64,000 nt of DNA, taken from assembly GCA_037133875.1 (NCBI GenBank), contig JBAXNG010000005.1, forward strand, positions 117,486 through 181,485, given 5' to 3'. Positions within the stretch are counted from its first letter, which is position 1. Every line of letters begins with the position of its first letter. This stretch comes from Verrucomicrobiota bacterium (GTDB lineage Bacteria > Verrucomicrobiota > Verrucomicrobiia > Chthoniobacterales > Chthoniobacteraceae). This document shows positions 8,473 through 18,262 of this stretch, one piece after another. The translations under genes and the position numbers were made by a program. The notes under the pieces are model-generated. The model saw only the letters and a program-made list of their open reading frames with translations, made no database searches and was not told the origin of the DNA.

Positions 8473-9657
8473 TTATTTGAAATAACGTTCCGTCACCTCG
8501 CGGGCCCAACGATCCGCGTCTAGGATGGTATCGAGATCGGGATGGGCGACGTGAGAGTGCGCCTGCATCGTTGTTTCGACACTCTTCCAGATCTCAGGGA
8601 ACGCGCATTTTCCATCTAGGAAACGGTCGACCGCGATTTCGTTGGCAGCGTTTAAGACGGCGGGCAGTGTGCCGCCAGCCTCGCCTGCCCAGCGAGCAAG
8701 GTTGAGCGCAGGGAAGTCAGACGTGCGCGGGGCTTCGAAATCCAGACGCGAAAGTTGAGCGAAATTCAGTGGGGGCAAACGGTTGGGAACGCGCTCCGGC
8801 CATGTGACCGCATATTGAATGGGGAAACACATGTCGGTGGCGGAGAGTTGCGCCAAAATCGAGCTGTCCACAAACTCGACCATCGAGTGGATGATGCTTT
8901 GAGGATGAACCACAACGTCGACTTGGGGCATTGGAATATCGAAGAGCCATCTGGCTTCGATCATCTCCAAGCCTTTGTTGAAAAGGGTTGCGGAGTCGAT
9001 TGAGATTTTTCGTCCCATGTCCCAAGTGGGATGCTTGAGAGCTTGGGCAGGTGTGACGTGAGCGAGTTGATCGCTCGGTAGAGTTCGGAACGGACCGCCG
9101 CTTGCTGTGAGTAGTAAGCGGGAAACGTCCTGTGGATTCCGGCCTTCGAGACATTGGAAGATCGCATTGTGTTCGCTGTCTACAGGGAGAACCTTCACTC
9201 CTTTGCGACGTGCGGCTTCCATGACAACGGAGCCTGCCATCACGAGGATTTCTTTTGATGCAACGGCGATGTCTTTGCCGGCCTCGATTGCGGCGAGCGC
9301 TGGGCGGAGACCCGCTGTGCCGACAATGGCGATTAATACGAGGTCTGCTTCCGGAAGGGTTGCAGCGGCGCATAGAGCGTCTTCTCCCTCCTGAATTTCG
9401 GGGGCACTGTTTCCCAAAATAGCTCGGGCTTTAGCGGCAGCTTGCGGGTCCGTGAGGCTTGCAAATAGAGGGTTCCAGCGTTTTACCTGAGCAGTAAATA
9501 GGTCGACGCTACGAGCGGCGGTGAGTCCGACAACTTCCATGCGGTCGGGAATATCCTCAGCGACTTTGAGCGCGGATTGACCGATGGAACCGGTACAACC
9601 GAGAATCACCACGCGGCGTTTGCGTGGGCGAGTTGGGTGGGCTTGGGCAGAGGTCAT
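8473..9657 (-). CDS. dxr: 1-deoxy-D-xylulose 5-phosphate reductoisomerase
   Basis: VVILGCTGSIGQSAL, LPVDSEHNAIFQCL, LTASGGPFR, NKGLEMIEA. The start overlaps the cdsA stop as ATGA (9654-9657). Confidence 0.95.
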   Translation of the reverse strand: MTSAQAHPTRPRKRRVVILGCTGSIGQSALKVAEDIPDRMEVVGLTAARSVDLFTAQVKRWNPLFASLTDPQAAAKARAILGNSAPEIQEGEDALCAAATLPEADLVLIAIVGTAGLRPALAAIEAGKDIAVASKEILVMAGSVVMEAARRKGVKVLPVDSEHNAIFQCLEGRNPQDVSRLLLTASGGPFRTLPSDQLAHVTPAQALKHPTWDMGRKISIDSATLFNKGLEMIEARWLFDIPMPQVDVVVHPQSIIHSMVEFVDSSILAQLSATDMCFPIQYAVTWPERVPNRLPPLNFAQLSRLDFEAPRTSDFPALNLARWAGEAGGTLPAVLNAANEIAVDRFLDGKCAFPEIWKSVETTMQAHSHVAHPDLDTILDADRWAREVTERYFK

Positions 9658-10535
9658 CGGGAGCCTATAACGAAGTGGAGATAAAAATAGAGAAGGGGGC
9701 CGGTGAACAAGAGGGAGTCGATGAGGTCCATCGCGCCGCCGATTCCAGGTAAGAAATGGCCGGAATCCTTGATGCCGGTGGATCGTTTTACGACGGATTC
9801 GGCGAGGTCTCCGAGGACAGCCATCACACTAAAGATAAGGCCCAAAATCAGGCCATGAATCGGAGTGATGAGCGAGAGCTGAGTGGGGAACACTTTGAGC
9901 AGAACGAAGGCGCCGAGCGTTGAAAGAGCTAGGGCACCCGCAAATCCCTCCCATGTTTTTTTGGGAGAGATATGAGGAATCATTGGGTGTTTTCCGATGA
10001 GGGAACCCGTGAGGTAAGCTCCGCAATCAGAGAATTTGGTGACTACTGCGAGGAAGAGGAGGTAGTAGTGGCCAGTGATTGTTCCGTCTGCGGCGCGTGA
10101 AGAAATATAAAGGAGTTTCGACGCGAATGTTCCGAGAAAGGGGATGTAGAAAAGCCCGAGCACCGTGTAGGCGATTGTGGTGATGGGGAGTGGTTCAGGC
10201 GATTTGCGTGCAATTTGGCGGATGAAAATCCAGAGAACGCTGAGGGCAACTACAGCGGATTCGAATTGGACGGCAGTGTCGCAGTTCCAGGTACGCGCAC
10301 AAAAAAGAGATCCGAAGCAGAGAACGCCGCCGAGAAACATTCCCGTTCCTTTAAAATGCGGGAGTCCGGCGGCGGACAACATTTGGAAGAATTCCCAAAG
10401 TCCGCGAAGGACAAGAATACCGAGAAGGGCCCAAAAACCGGGTTCATTTGCCCAGTACATAGTGGCCGCGCAGACGCCCCACAAAGAGAGCGAACTAGTC
10501 AGACGAGATAGGAAGACTTTAAAAGCAGGGCCCAT
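9654..10535 (-). CDS. cdsA: Phosphatidate cytidylyltransferase (CDP-diglyceride synthase), with atypical signature motif
   Basis: Polytopic membrane protein. ISPKKTWEGFAGA and SVVKRSTGIKDSGHFLPGIGGAMDLIDS. Sits in the canonical cdsA-dxr arrangement. Confidence 0.85.
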   Translation of the reverse strand: MGPAFKVFLSRLTSSLSLWGVCAATMYWANEPGFWALLGILVLRGLWEFFQMLSAAGLPHFKGTGMFLGGVLCFGSLFCARTWNCDTAVQFESAVVALSVLWIFIRQIARKSPEPLPITTIAYTVLGLFYIPFLGTFASKLLYISSRAADGTITGHYYLLFLAVVTKFSDCGAYLTGSLIGKHPMIPHISPKKTWEGFAGALALSTLGAFVLLKVFPTQLSLITPIHGLILGLIFSVMAVLGDLAESVVKRSTGIKDSGHFLPGIGGAMDLIDSLLFTGPLLYFYLHFVIGSR

Positions 10536-10594
10536 GAGGTGAAGAGAAGGCTCAACAAGGAGGAGGCGGAATGCAAGAACGCACCGTGGTTCGC

Positions 10595-10636
10595 AAAAAG
10601 CAAAAGGCGGCCGATCCCAGATGGGAAGGGCCGCCA
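10595..10636 (-). terminator. Rho-independent terminator downstream of gltB
   Basis: The minus strand reads ggcggccc-loop-ggccgcc followed by TTTTGCTTTTT. The plus-strand stem arms are at 10606-10612 and 10629-10635. Confidence 0.6.
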
Positions 10637-10654
10637 GAAACTTAACTTAGCCGA

Positions 10655-13600
10655 TTAGGGTTGAGTGGCGATGACGTTCTCGGAAATGACCGCCTGGCTG
10701 TTGGCTGGTGGCTTCGATTCCGAGGGTTTCGCGGCTGGAGGACGAGGGTAGACTTTCCAGAAGGATTTCGATGCCTTATCCCAATTGCTGAGGATCTCTT
10801 GAGCGCGAACGCTTCCGGTAACCTCGAAGTGCTTGGTCACAAGTTGCTGAAGGATGACAGCGCTTTCCGCCGTGAGTCTTTCGATCGCGACGAGACCCGT
10901 ATTGTACTGGTCTGCGAAACGTTCGTTCACGTCGTAAATGTAGGCGGAACCGCCAGTCATCCCCGCGCCGAAGTTCTTTCCAGTGTCACCGAGGACAACA
11001 ATGGTGCCTCCGGTCATGTATTCACAACCGTGATCCCCGATTCCTTCGACGACAGCAACAGCGCCTGAGTTGCGCACGGCGAAGCGTTCTCCTCCGCGAC
11101 CGTTCGCGAAGAGACGTCCACCGGTGGCTCCATAGAGACAGGTGTTTCCGATGATCGAGTTATCGTGCGGAGCGAAACGATGTTTGGCTGGCGGGCGAAC
11201 GATGATTTCGCCGCCGCTCATTCCTTTGCCCACGTAATCGTTTACTTCTCCCGTGAGGCAGAGGCGAACGCCGGGTGCGAGGAACGCTCCGAAACTCTGT
11301 CCTGCACTGCCTTCGAGTAGGAGTTCCAAGGTGCCTTCTGGAAGCCCCTCGTCGCCCCATTGGTAACCAATTTCACCCGAGACCTTAGTCCCGACTGAGC
11401 GGTTGGTGTTTTTAACCTTATACTTGAGGGTGATCGGACGTTTGTCGGTGATGGCGTCCTGAGCGTCCTGAAGCACTGCGTCATCAAGCGGTGCTTCGTG
11501 TACACCGTTGTTGCGGCTCCGAGTACAGAAACGCGGCTGGGTCGGGTCCGCAGCGGCGACGTCGACCAATAGACGTGAGAGATCCAAGGTGTTTGCCTTC
11601 GGATGATCCTGTACGTGGCGTTGTTTGAGGAATTCCGGGCGCCCGATGATTTCAGCCAATGTGCGGACACCAAGAGAGGCGAGGATTTCGCGTACTTCCT
11701 GGGCGACACCATTGAAGAAGTTAACGAGCATATCGGGAGTTCCTTTGAACTTCCCACGGAGACGTTCGTCTTGAGTCGCAACACCCACGGGGCAGGTGTT
11801 GAGGTGACATTGGCGAACGTAAACGCAGCCCAATGCGATGAGGCCTGCGGTTCCGAAGTTGAATTCCTCAGCACCAAGTGCAGCCGCTTGAACGATGTCT
11901 AACCCGGTGCGCATCCCGCCATCCGTGCGGAGGACGATGCGGTTGCGGAGATTGTTCATCATGAGAACTTGTTGGGCTTCGGCGACGCCGAGTTCCCAAG
12001 GGGTTCCTGCATGTTTCACGGAGGAGAGCGGTGAGGCTCCCGTTCCACCGTCGTGACCGGAGATCAGGACGATATCAGCGTGAGCTTTTGCAACTCCAGC
12101 TGCGACGGTTCCGACACCCGCTTCAGCGACGAGCTTAACGCAGACCTTGGCGCGAGGGTTCACTTCCTTGAGGTCGTGAATGAGCTGGGCCAAGTCTTCG
12201 ATGGAATAGATGTCGTGGTGTGGTGGTGGCGAAATCAGCATCACGCCGGGTACGGTGTGACGTAATTTTGCGATGAGTGCTGTGACTTTGTGACCGGGCA
12301 ACTGTCCGCCTTCACCGGGTTTTGCGCCCTGGGCCATCTTGATTTCGATTTCCTTTGCACTGGCCAAATACGCAGCTGTGACACCGAAGCGACCGCTCGC
12401 GACCTGCTTAATGGCAGAGTTTGCGAGGTCACCGTTTTCACGGCGTTTGAAACGCTCTGGGTCTTCGCCACCTTCGCCTGAGTTTGATTTGCCGCCGATG
12501 CGGTTCATTGCGATGGCAAGGGCTTCGTGAGCCTCGGGACTGAGTGCACCGAGCGACATCCCAGCCGAGGTGAATCGGGTGCGGATATCTTCGATGGGCT
12601 CTACTTCTTCGATTGGAATGGGAGCGCGTTTAGGAACGAGCTCCAGCATGTCTTTGAAGGAAATGGGCTGCTGCGCCTTCACTGCCTGAACGTATTTTTT
12701 GTAATCGTCCGGATTGTTCGTTTTTACAAACGAATGGAACGATTGAATCACTGGAGGCGTTACGGCGTGACGTTCACCTGCCCGACGGAAGCGGTAATAT
12801 CCGAGGTCTTCGAGCTCTGCGTTTTTCCCTTCAGTGGGGACACCCGCAAAAGCTTTCGTGTGACGGACGATCGATTCCTGCGCGATCTCTTTAAATGAGA
12901 TACCGGCGACCTGTGATGGGGTTCCTGCGAAGCAACGGCTGATGACGGAATCATGGATACCAATGGCTTCGAAAATCTGAGCGCCGTGGTAGCTGGCCAA
13001 GACGGAGATTCCCATCTTGGACATGATTTTAAGGAGTCCGTCTTCGAGTGCTTTGCGGACATTCTCCAAAGCCTTGGCGTAAGTGATTGCGCTGACTTCG
13101 GCGAGGAGAGCCTCTGCTTTGGCCAGTTTCGCGGCATCGGTGCCGGCTTTCGTAATGCCAGCTTGTGCAGAAGCGTGGATTTGGCCGAGCAGTTCGCGTG
13201 CGGTTTCGAGCGCCAAGTAGGGGCAGATCGCGCTGGCTCCATATCCGATGAGACATGCAATCTGGTGAGTGTCGCGGGCCTCGCCCGTTTCACACACGAT
13301 GCTCGCTTTCATACGGTTTCCGGCACGGATCAGGTGATGATGCACGGCACCCGTTGCGAGCAGCATGGGGACAGGGATGCGGTTGTGATCGGTGGTGCAA
13401 TCCGAGAGGATCAGAATGCGTGCACCGGCGTTGACTGCCGCTTCCGCTTCGTGAGTGAGGCGGGTGATCGCTTTTTCGAGGCCGTCTGGTCCTTCGCTCG
13501 CAGGCCACGTGGCATCGAGCGTTGTGGCAGGATGGTCTTCACCAGCTAGTCCACGGAGGGCTGCAAGATCAGACTCGAGAAGGATTGGCGAGTCGAGTTG

Positions 13601-15364
13601 CACCAAACGAGCGTGCTCGGGAGACTCTTTCAACAAATTGCGGCGCCATCCCAAATGCACTGTGAGCGACATGACCAGCTTCTCACGGATCGGATCGATC
13701 GGAGGGTTGGTGACCTGCGCGAACAGTTGTTTGAAGTAGGTGTAAAGAAGGCGCGGCTGGAGGGAGAGCACCGCCAGAGGGGTGTCATCGCCCATGGAGC
13801 CGACGGCTTCAGCGGCGTTTTGCACCATGGGCTTGAGGATCATCTCAAGTTCTTCGCTGGTGTATCCGAAACTGATCTGGCGCTGTGTGAGCGTCAAAAT
13901 GTCGATCGGCGTCGATGGCTCAACGAGCGGAGCGGTCGCGCGGCTGGAGAGCTTGATCAGATGCTTTTTGATCCAATCCCCGTATGGGTGCTGTTCTGCA
14001 AGCTTCGCTTTGATTTCAGCGTCGTGCATGAGTCGACCTTCAGCGGTGTTGATCGCGATCATTTCGCCCGGCCCGATGCGGCCTTTTTCGATGACTTTGG
14101 CGTCATCGAGATCGACGGTGCCGACTTCGGAGCCGAGTGAGAACAGTCCGTCTTCGGTTAGTTTGTAACGTGAGGGCCGGAGTCCGTTTCGATCCAGGCA
14201 GGCGCCAACGGTCGTGCCGTCGGTGAATACCAAACAGGCTGGGCCGTCCCAAGGTTCGTTCAAGCAGCCATGGAACTCGTAGAAATCACGCAGCGCTTGA
14301 GGCATGCGTTTGTCGCTCTTCCATGCTGGCGGAACGAGCATGGTCATGGACTGAAGGAGATTGCGGCCCGAGAGGACCATCGCCTCGAGAGAGTTGTCCA
14401 ATTCGGATGAATCGGATCCCCCTGGCTGGATGATGGGCTTGAGCAGATCGATATCGTCGCCCCATTCATTTGCTTCGAGCTCCGCTTCGCGAGCTGCCAT
14501 CCAGTTTACGTTCCCACGGCGTGTGTTGATTTCACCGTTGTGGCAAAGCATCCGGAATGGCTGCGAGAGAGGCCAGGTCGGGAAGGTGTTTGTGGAGTAA
14601 CGCTGGTGGTAAGTTGCGATCGCGGTTTCGTAATTCGGATCCTGCAAGTCGCGGTAAAACTTCTGCAGGGAGGGCGAGATCAGCAGGCCTTTGTAGTTAA
14701 TGACCTTGCTTGAGAACGAAGCGATGTAGAAGTGACGGATCTTGTCTTCTGCTGCGCGTTTTTCGATTTCGTTACGGCAGAGGAACAGGATTTTTTCGTA
14801 GTCGTTGGTGTCGATGTGCTCAGGGCGAGCAATCAGGACCTGCTCCATACGGGGCAGTGTGGACGCTGCTTTTTCACCGAGGACACGAATGTTGATGGGG
14901 ACTTCACGCCAGCCGAAAAGGAATAGGCCGCGTTTTTCCAGGACCTCCTCAGTGATCGCTTTGGCGCGAGCCTGAGCGTAAGCGTTGTCGTGAGGGAGAA
15001 AGAGCATCCCTACGCCGAGGTCACTATCGTGGTAGAGGTTGTGGCCGAGTTTTTGGACCTCGGGACGAAAAAGTTTGTAGGGGATTTGGGTGACGACTCC
15101 AGCGCCATCGCCGGTTTTGGCGTCTGCATCTACGGCACCTCGGTGAGCAAGTGCGCACAGAGATTCCAGGGCGTATTGCAGAACCTGGTTGGATCGTTTG
15201 CCGTCGACTTGGGCGATGAACCCAACGCCACATGCGTCGTGTTCTTGAGACGGAGAGTAAAGGGATTGGATCCCTTTGATGGAGTCTTGGATGACGTGAT
15301 TCATGGGTGCAAAAGCAAATGCTATCCCGGGGGGCGGTTCGCCAAAGTACGGATTCGGCTGCAT
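10655..15364 (-). CDS. gltB: Glutamate synthase large subunit (GOGAT alpha chain)
   Basis: 1569 aa. Ntn-amidotransferase N-terminus ...HDACGVGFIAQ, followed by central, FMN and C-terminal GXGXG domains (e.g. ISGHDGGTGASP, CHLNTCPVGVATQ, GERFAVRNSG). Confidence 0.95.
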   Translation of the reverse strand: MQPNPYFGEPPPGIAFAFAPMNHVIQDSIKGIQSLYSPSQEHDACGVGFIAQVDGKRSNQVLQYALESLCALAHRGAVDADAKTGDGAGVVTQIPYKLFRPEVQKLGHNLYHDSDLGVGMLFLPHDNAYAQARAKAITEEVLEKRGLFLFGWREVPINIRVLGEKAASTLPRMEQVLIARPEHIDTNDYEKILFLCRNEIEKRAAEDKIRHFYIASFSSKVINYKGLLISPSLQKFYRDLQDPNYETAIATYHQRYSTNTFPTWPLSQPFRMLCHNGEINTRRGNVNWMAAREAELEANEWGDDIDLLKPIIQPGGSDSSELDNSLEAMVLSGRNLLQSMTMLVPPAWKSDKRMPQALRDFYEFHGCLNEPWDGPACLVFTDGTTVGACLDRNGLRPSRYKLTEDGLFSLGSEVGTVDLDDAKVIEKGRIGPGEMIAINTAEGRLMHDAEIKAKLAEQHPYGDWIKKHLIKLSSRATAPLVEPSTPIDILTLTQRQISFGYTSEELEMILKPMVQNAAEAVGSMGDDTPLAVLSLQPRLLYTYFKQLFAQVTNPPIDPIREKLVMSLTVHLGWRRNLLKESPEHARLVQLDSPILLESDLAALRGLAGEDHPATTLDATWPASEGPDGLEKAITRLTHEAEAAVNAGARILILSDCTTDHNRIPVPMLLATGAVHHHLIRAGNRMKASIVCETGEARDTHQIACLIGYGASAICPYLALETARELLGQIHASAQAGITKAGTDAAKLAKAEALLAEVSAITYAKALENVRKALEDGLLKIMSKMGISVLASYHGAQIFEAIGIHDSVISRCFAGTPSQVAGISFKEIAQESIVRHTKAFAGVPTEGKNAELEDLGYYRFRRAGERHAVTPPVIQSFHSFVKTNNPDDYKKYVQAVKAQQPISFKDMLELVPKRAPIPIEEVEPIEDIRTRFTSAGMSLGALSPEAHEALAIAMNRIGGKSNSGEGGEDPERFKRRENGDLANSAIKQVASGRFGVTAAYLASAKEIEIKMAQGAKPGEGGQLPGHKVTALIAKLRHTVPGVMLISPPPHHDIYSIEDLAQLIHDLKEVNPRAKVCVKLVAEAGVGTVAAGVAKAHADIVLISGHDGGTGASPLSSVKHAGTPWELGVAEAQQVLMMNNLRNRIVLRTDGGMRTGLDIVQAAALGAEEFNFGTAGLIALGCVYVRQCHLNTCPVGVATQDERLRGKFKGTPDMLVNFFNGVAQEVREILASLGVRTLAEIIGRPEFLKQRHVQDHPKANTLDLSRLLVDVAAADPTQPRFCTRSRNNGVHEAPLDDAVLQDAQDAITDKRPITLKYKVKNTNRSVGTKVSGEIGYQWGDEGLPEGTLELLLEGSAGQSFGAFLAPGVRLCLTGEVNDYVGKGMSGGEIIVRPPAKHRFAPHDNSIIGNTCLYGATGGRLFANGRGGERFAVRNSGAVAVVEGIGDHGCEYMTGGTIVVLGDTGKNFGAGMTGGSAYIYDVNERFADQYNTGLVAIERLTAESAVILQQLVTKHFEVTGSVRAQEILSNWDKASKSFWKVYPRPPAAKPSESKPPANSQAVISENVIATQP

Positions 15365-15514
15365 GGTTCAAGACAAAACGAGGGGGAGTTTGGGTGGAAA
15401 ACGGACCGATGGTGGGCGAAAATCAACAGAAATACGCCAGCGTTGTCGCGAAATAGCCACAAATGAGTCAGACTTAGGTTGCCAGATGTCCTTTTGATGT
15501 CCTAAATCTGTCTG

Positions 15515-16123
15515 ATGCGTGAACCAATCCCTCTTCCAACGGCCCAGCGGGAACTGGATGAACAGGAGCGGAAAATCGTCCGAGCCTTGATCCGGGATCC
15601 TCGGCAATCGGATAACGCCATCGGAGAAACGACTGGGGTTAACGTGCGTACGGTCAGCCGGAAACGGCAGCGTTTAGAGCAGGATGGCATCCTTTCCTAT
15701 TACGCGAATGTGGATTTAACGGCTTCGGGAACAAGGCAGTATAAGACGCGTCACCTGTATACGATCAAATTTCGGATTGGGGTGAGCCACAAGCAGCTGA
15801 TTGAGGATATTCAGCGGGAGCCAGCGGTGCGGTCGGTTTTTACGGAGGTGTTGTTTGAGAGTCACATCGCTGAGATAGACGGGAAGCTGGCGATGTTACT
15901 TTTTATCGATGGGGAAAGTGATTTGGACATTGTGCAGACGGTGCAGGAGAAGCTGATCCCGAGTCTTCGCCGGAATCACGGAGAGGATTCCATTGAAGAG
16001 GTGAGTACTGTGCGTATCTTGTCTCCGGTGAGGTGTATGCGTAACTACGTGTTGCCTGTGAATATGGATAGCGGGTTTGTGCGGCCCGATTGGCCCGATG
16101 AAGCCATTTACGTGGGGCGGTGA
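15515..16123 (+). CDS. Lrp/AsnC-family transcriptional regulator (long, 202 aa)
   Basis: HTH_AsnC-like ERKIVRALIRDPRQSDNAIGETTGVNVRTVSRKRQRLEQDGIL, followed by a RAM-like domain. Transcribed divergently from gltB. Confidence 0.75.
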   Translation: MREPIPLPTAQRELDEQERKIVRALIRDPRQSDNAIGETTGVNVRTVSRKRQRLEQDGILSYYANVDLTASGTRQYKTRHLYTIKFRIGVSHKQLIEDIQREPAVRSVFTEVLFESHIAEIDGKLAMLLFIDGESDLDIVQTVQEKLIPSLRRNHGEDSIEEVSTVRILSPVRCMRNYVLPVNMDSGFVRPDWPDEAIYVGR

Positions 16124-16289
16124 GATTGGGGTTACGGAGCCCAAGAAAGTGAAGAGTTTGGGATAGTCCCGTTAGGCCTTGTTAAAGTTTCTCCCCAGAG
16201 CTTCGTGTGCAATAACTTGCAGAATTCTCGGGGATGTTTGGTGAGGCTTGGTACTAGAAATTTTCGAGAAACTTCACCTGTAACTGAAT

Positions 16290-16925
16290 ATGAAAAAGAT
16301 CCCATTGCTGCTGTCGCTCGGACTTGCCGGGTTGTTAACGCCCTCAATTTTTGCGGATACCGTTCTATTTGAGCAGAATTTTGAAACCCTTCCGGCAGGG
16401 CCCGCACCCAAGGAGTTTTTGCCGTTGGCTGGCGAGTTTGCTGTGGCTGTGGAAAATGGGGGGCACGTTTTGGAGTTGCCGGGAGCACCCTTGGATACGT
16501 TTGGCGCGCTCTTTGGCCCGAGTAACGGGGATTCGAGTTCGGTGGAGGCTCGTTTTCAGGGAACCAAACAGGGGCGGAAGTTCCCCACTTTCGGTCTGAG
16601 TTTACGTGGAGCAGGCGGATATCGATTACAGGTTAGCCCAGGCAAGGGGCAGTTGGAGATCTACAAGGGAGATGATCCTCTTGTGGGGGTGCCTTTTTCG
16701 TGGGAGTCGGGCAGTTGGACGTCTTTGCGGCTTGTGGTGAAAAAAGGCGAAAGTGGCTGGGTTGCGGAAGGGTATGCGTGGAAGGCGGGGGAAAAAGTGC
16801 CGGCTGATGCCCTGGTTCGCTGGAGTATTACCGCGGAACCGCCGGCTGGGCGTGCTGCTCTCTGGGGAAGCCCGTATTCGGGGACACCGATACTGTTCGA
16901 CGATATTCGCTGGATTGCGCAGTAA
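16290..16925 (+). CDS. Secreted hypothetical protein, probable concanavalin/LamG-like jelly-roll domain
   Basis: Signal peptide MKKIPLLLSLGLAGLLTPSIFA. Beta-rich sequence with a C-terminal ...ILFDDIRW, as seen in DUF1080/LamG-like PVC proteins (recalled). Confidence 0.55.
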   Translation: MKKIPLLLSLGLAGLLTPSIFADTVLFEQNFETLPAGPAPKEFLPLAGEFAVAVENGGHVLELPGAPLDTFGALFGPSNGDSSSVEARFQGTKQGRKFPTFGLSLRGAGGYRLQVSPGKGQLEIYKGDDPLVGVPFSWESGSWTSLRLVVKKGESGWVAEGYAWKAGEKVPADALVRWSITAEPPAGRAALWGSPYSGTPILFDDIRWIAQ

Positions 16926-16984
16926 CTTTTGCAACCATCCTGCGTACAGATTCCATTCTGCTCTAAAAAACACGATCCCTCCCA

Positions 16985-18253
16985 ATGAAATACTCTTGGT
17001 TACCCCTTGTTGTTCTTATTCCCAGCCTCACTCACGCTGCTGACTGGCCTCAGTACCGCGGTCCAAGTGGCGATGGAATTTCGGCTGAAACCGTGGCGTG
17101 GAAGGCTGCGGGCCTGAAAACGGTTTGGAAAGTGCCGAGTCTTGGAGGTTTTAGTTCCTTCGCAGTTTCAGAAGGACGCGCCTTTACTCAGTCGTTGCAG
17201 GAGGTTGACGGAGCGAGTCAGGAAGTGCTTGTGGCGCATGATGCGCTGAAAGGGAATGTGCTCTGGAGTGCACCGTTGGTTGTCGCCAAATACGACAAAG
17301 GTGGAGACGACGGCTTCAAAGACAAATCCGACGAGTCGAAAAACAACATTGGCGGAGATGGTCCGCGTTCTACGCCGACCGTTGTCGGGAAGCTTGTGGT
17401 GGTGATGAGTTCACAACTGGCGCTCAAGGCGTTTGATACGGCTACCGGAAAAGTGGTGTGGACCCGCGATTTGAAGGCTGAACATGAGGGGCGGAATATT
17501 CAGTGGCAAAATGCGGCATCTCCTTTGTTGGAGGGCGGGCTTTTGTATGTGGCGGGAGGCGGGGCGGGACAGTCTCTCATGGCGGTAGACCCGAAAAACG
17601 GGGCGGTGGTCTGGAAGGCGTTTGATGAAAAGATGACTCACGCGACACCTGTTGCTGCGACCATCGGTGGGCAACGGCAGGTGATTTTCTTTGTCCAATC
17701 GGGGCTCCTTTCCGTCGAGCCGAAGACTGGTAAGGAATTGTGGCGCTACGCGTTCCCTTACAAAATTTCGACCGCTGCGTCGCCTGTGGTCGGAGGCGAT
17801 ATCGTCTATTGTTCAGCGGGGTATGGAGTGGGGGCGGGGGCTGTGAAGGTTTCCAAAGAGGGGGAAACTTGGAAAGCGACCGAGATTTATCGTGTCACTG
17901 GCAACACTCCATTGGCTAACCACTGGAGTACTCCAGTCGTGAAGGACGGATATTTGTACGGGATGTTCCAGTTTAAGGAATACGCCAAAGGCCCTGTAAA
18001 ATGCGTCGAACTGGCAACCGGAACGGTGAAATGGACCAAGGAAGGCTTTGGACCAGGGCACGTTATTCTTCTTGGGAATGAAGTCGTTGCGTTGTCTGAC
18101 GCAGGCGAATTGGTGCGTTTTGCGGCACAACCTGGTGAGTATAAGGAGTTGAGCCGTCAGGCTGTTCTAACAGGAAAATGCTGGACCACCCCGTCTGTAT
18201 CCGGCGGGAAGATTTTTGTGCGAAGCACAAAAGAAGCGGCCTGCTTGGAATAG
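16985..18253 (+). CDS. PQQ-like / BamB-like beta-propeller repeat protein, secreted
   Basis: Signal peptide, then ADWPQYRGPSGDGIS. Repeated ...G.VVW.. blades (GKVVWTRDL, GAVVWKAFD, GKELWRYAF, GTVKWTKEG). Confidence 0.75.
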   Translation: MKYSWLPLVVLIPSLTHAADWPQYRGPSGDGISAETVAWKAAGLKTVWKVPSLGGFSSFAVSEGRAFTQSLQEVDGASQEVLVAHDALKGNVLWSAPLVVAKYDKGGDDGFKDKSDESKNNIGGDGPRSTPTVVGKLVVVMSSQLALKAFDTATGKVVWTRDLKAEHEGRNIQWQNAASPLLEGGLLYVAGGGAGQSLMAVDPKNGAVVWKAFDEKMTHATPVAATIGGQRQVIFFVQSGLLSVEPKTGKELWRYAFPYKISTAASPVVGGDIVYCSAGYGVGAGAVKVSKEGETWKATEIYRVTGNTPLANHWSTPVVKDGYLYGMFQFKEYAKGPVKCVELATGTVKWTKEGFGPGHVILLGNEVVALSDAGELVRFAAQPGEYKELSRQAVLTGKCWTTPSVSGGKIFVRSTKEAACLE

Positions 18254-18262
18254 ACTCGCTGA

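Noticed and set aside
10571-10645. 24-codon plus-strand micro-ORF (MQERTVVRKKQKAADPRWEGPPET) preceded by AAGGAGGAGG
   Set aside because: It is very short, antisense to both neighbours, and coincides with the gltB terminator hairpin. The purine-rich SD-like run may be chance. There is no way to support it from sequence alone.
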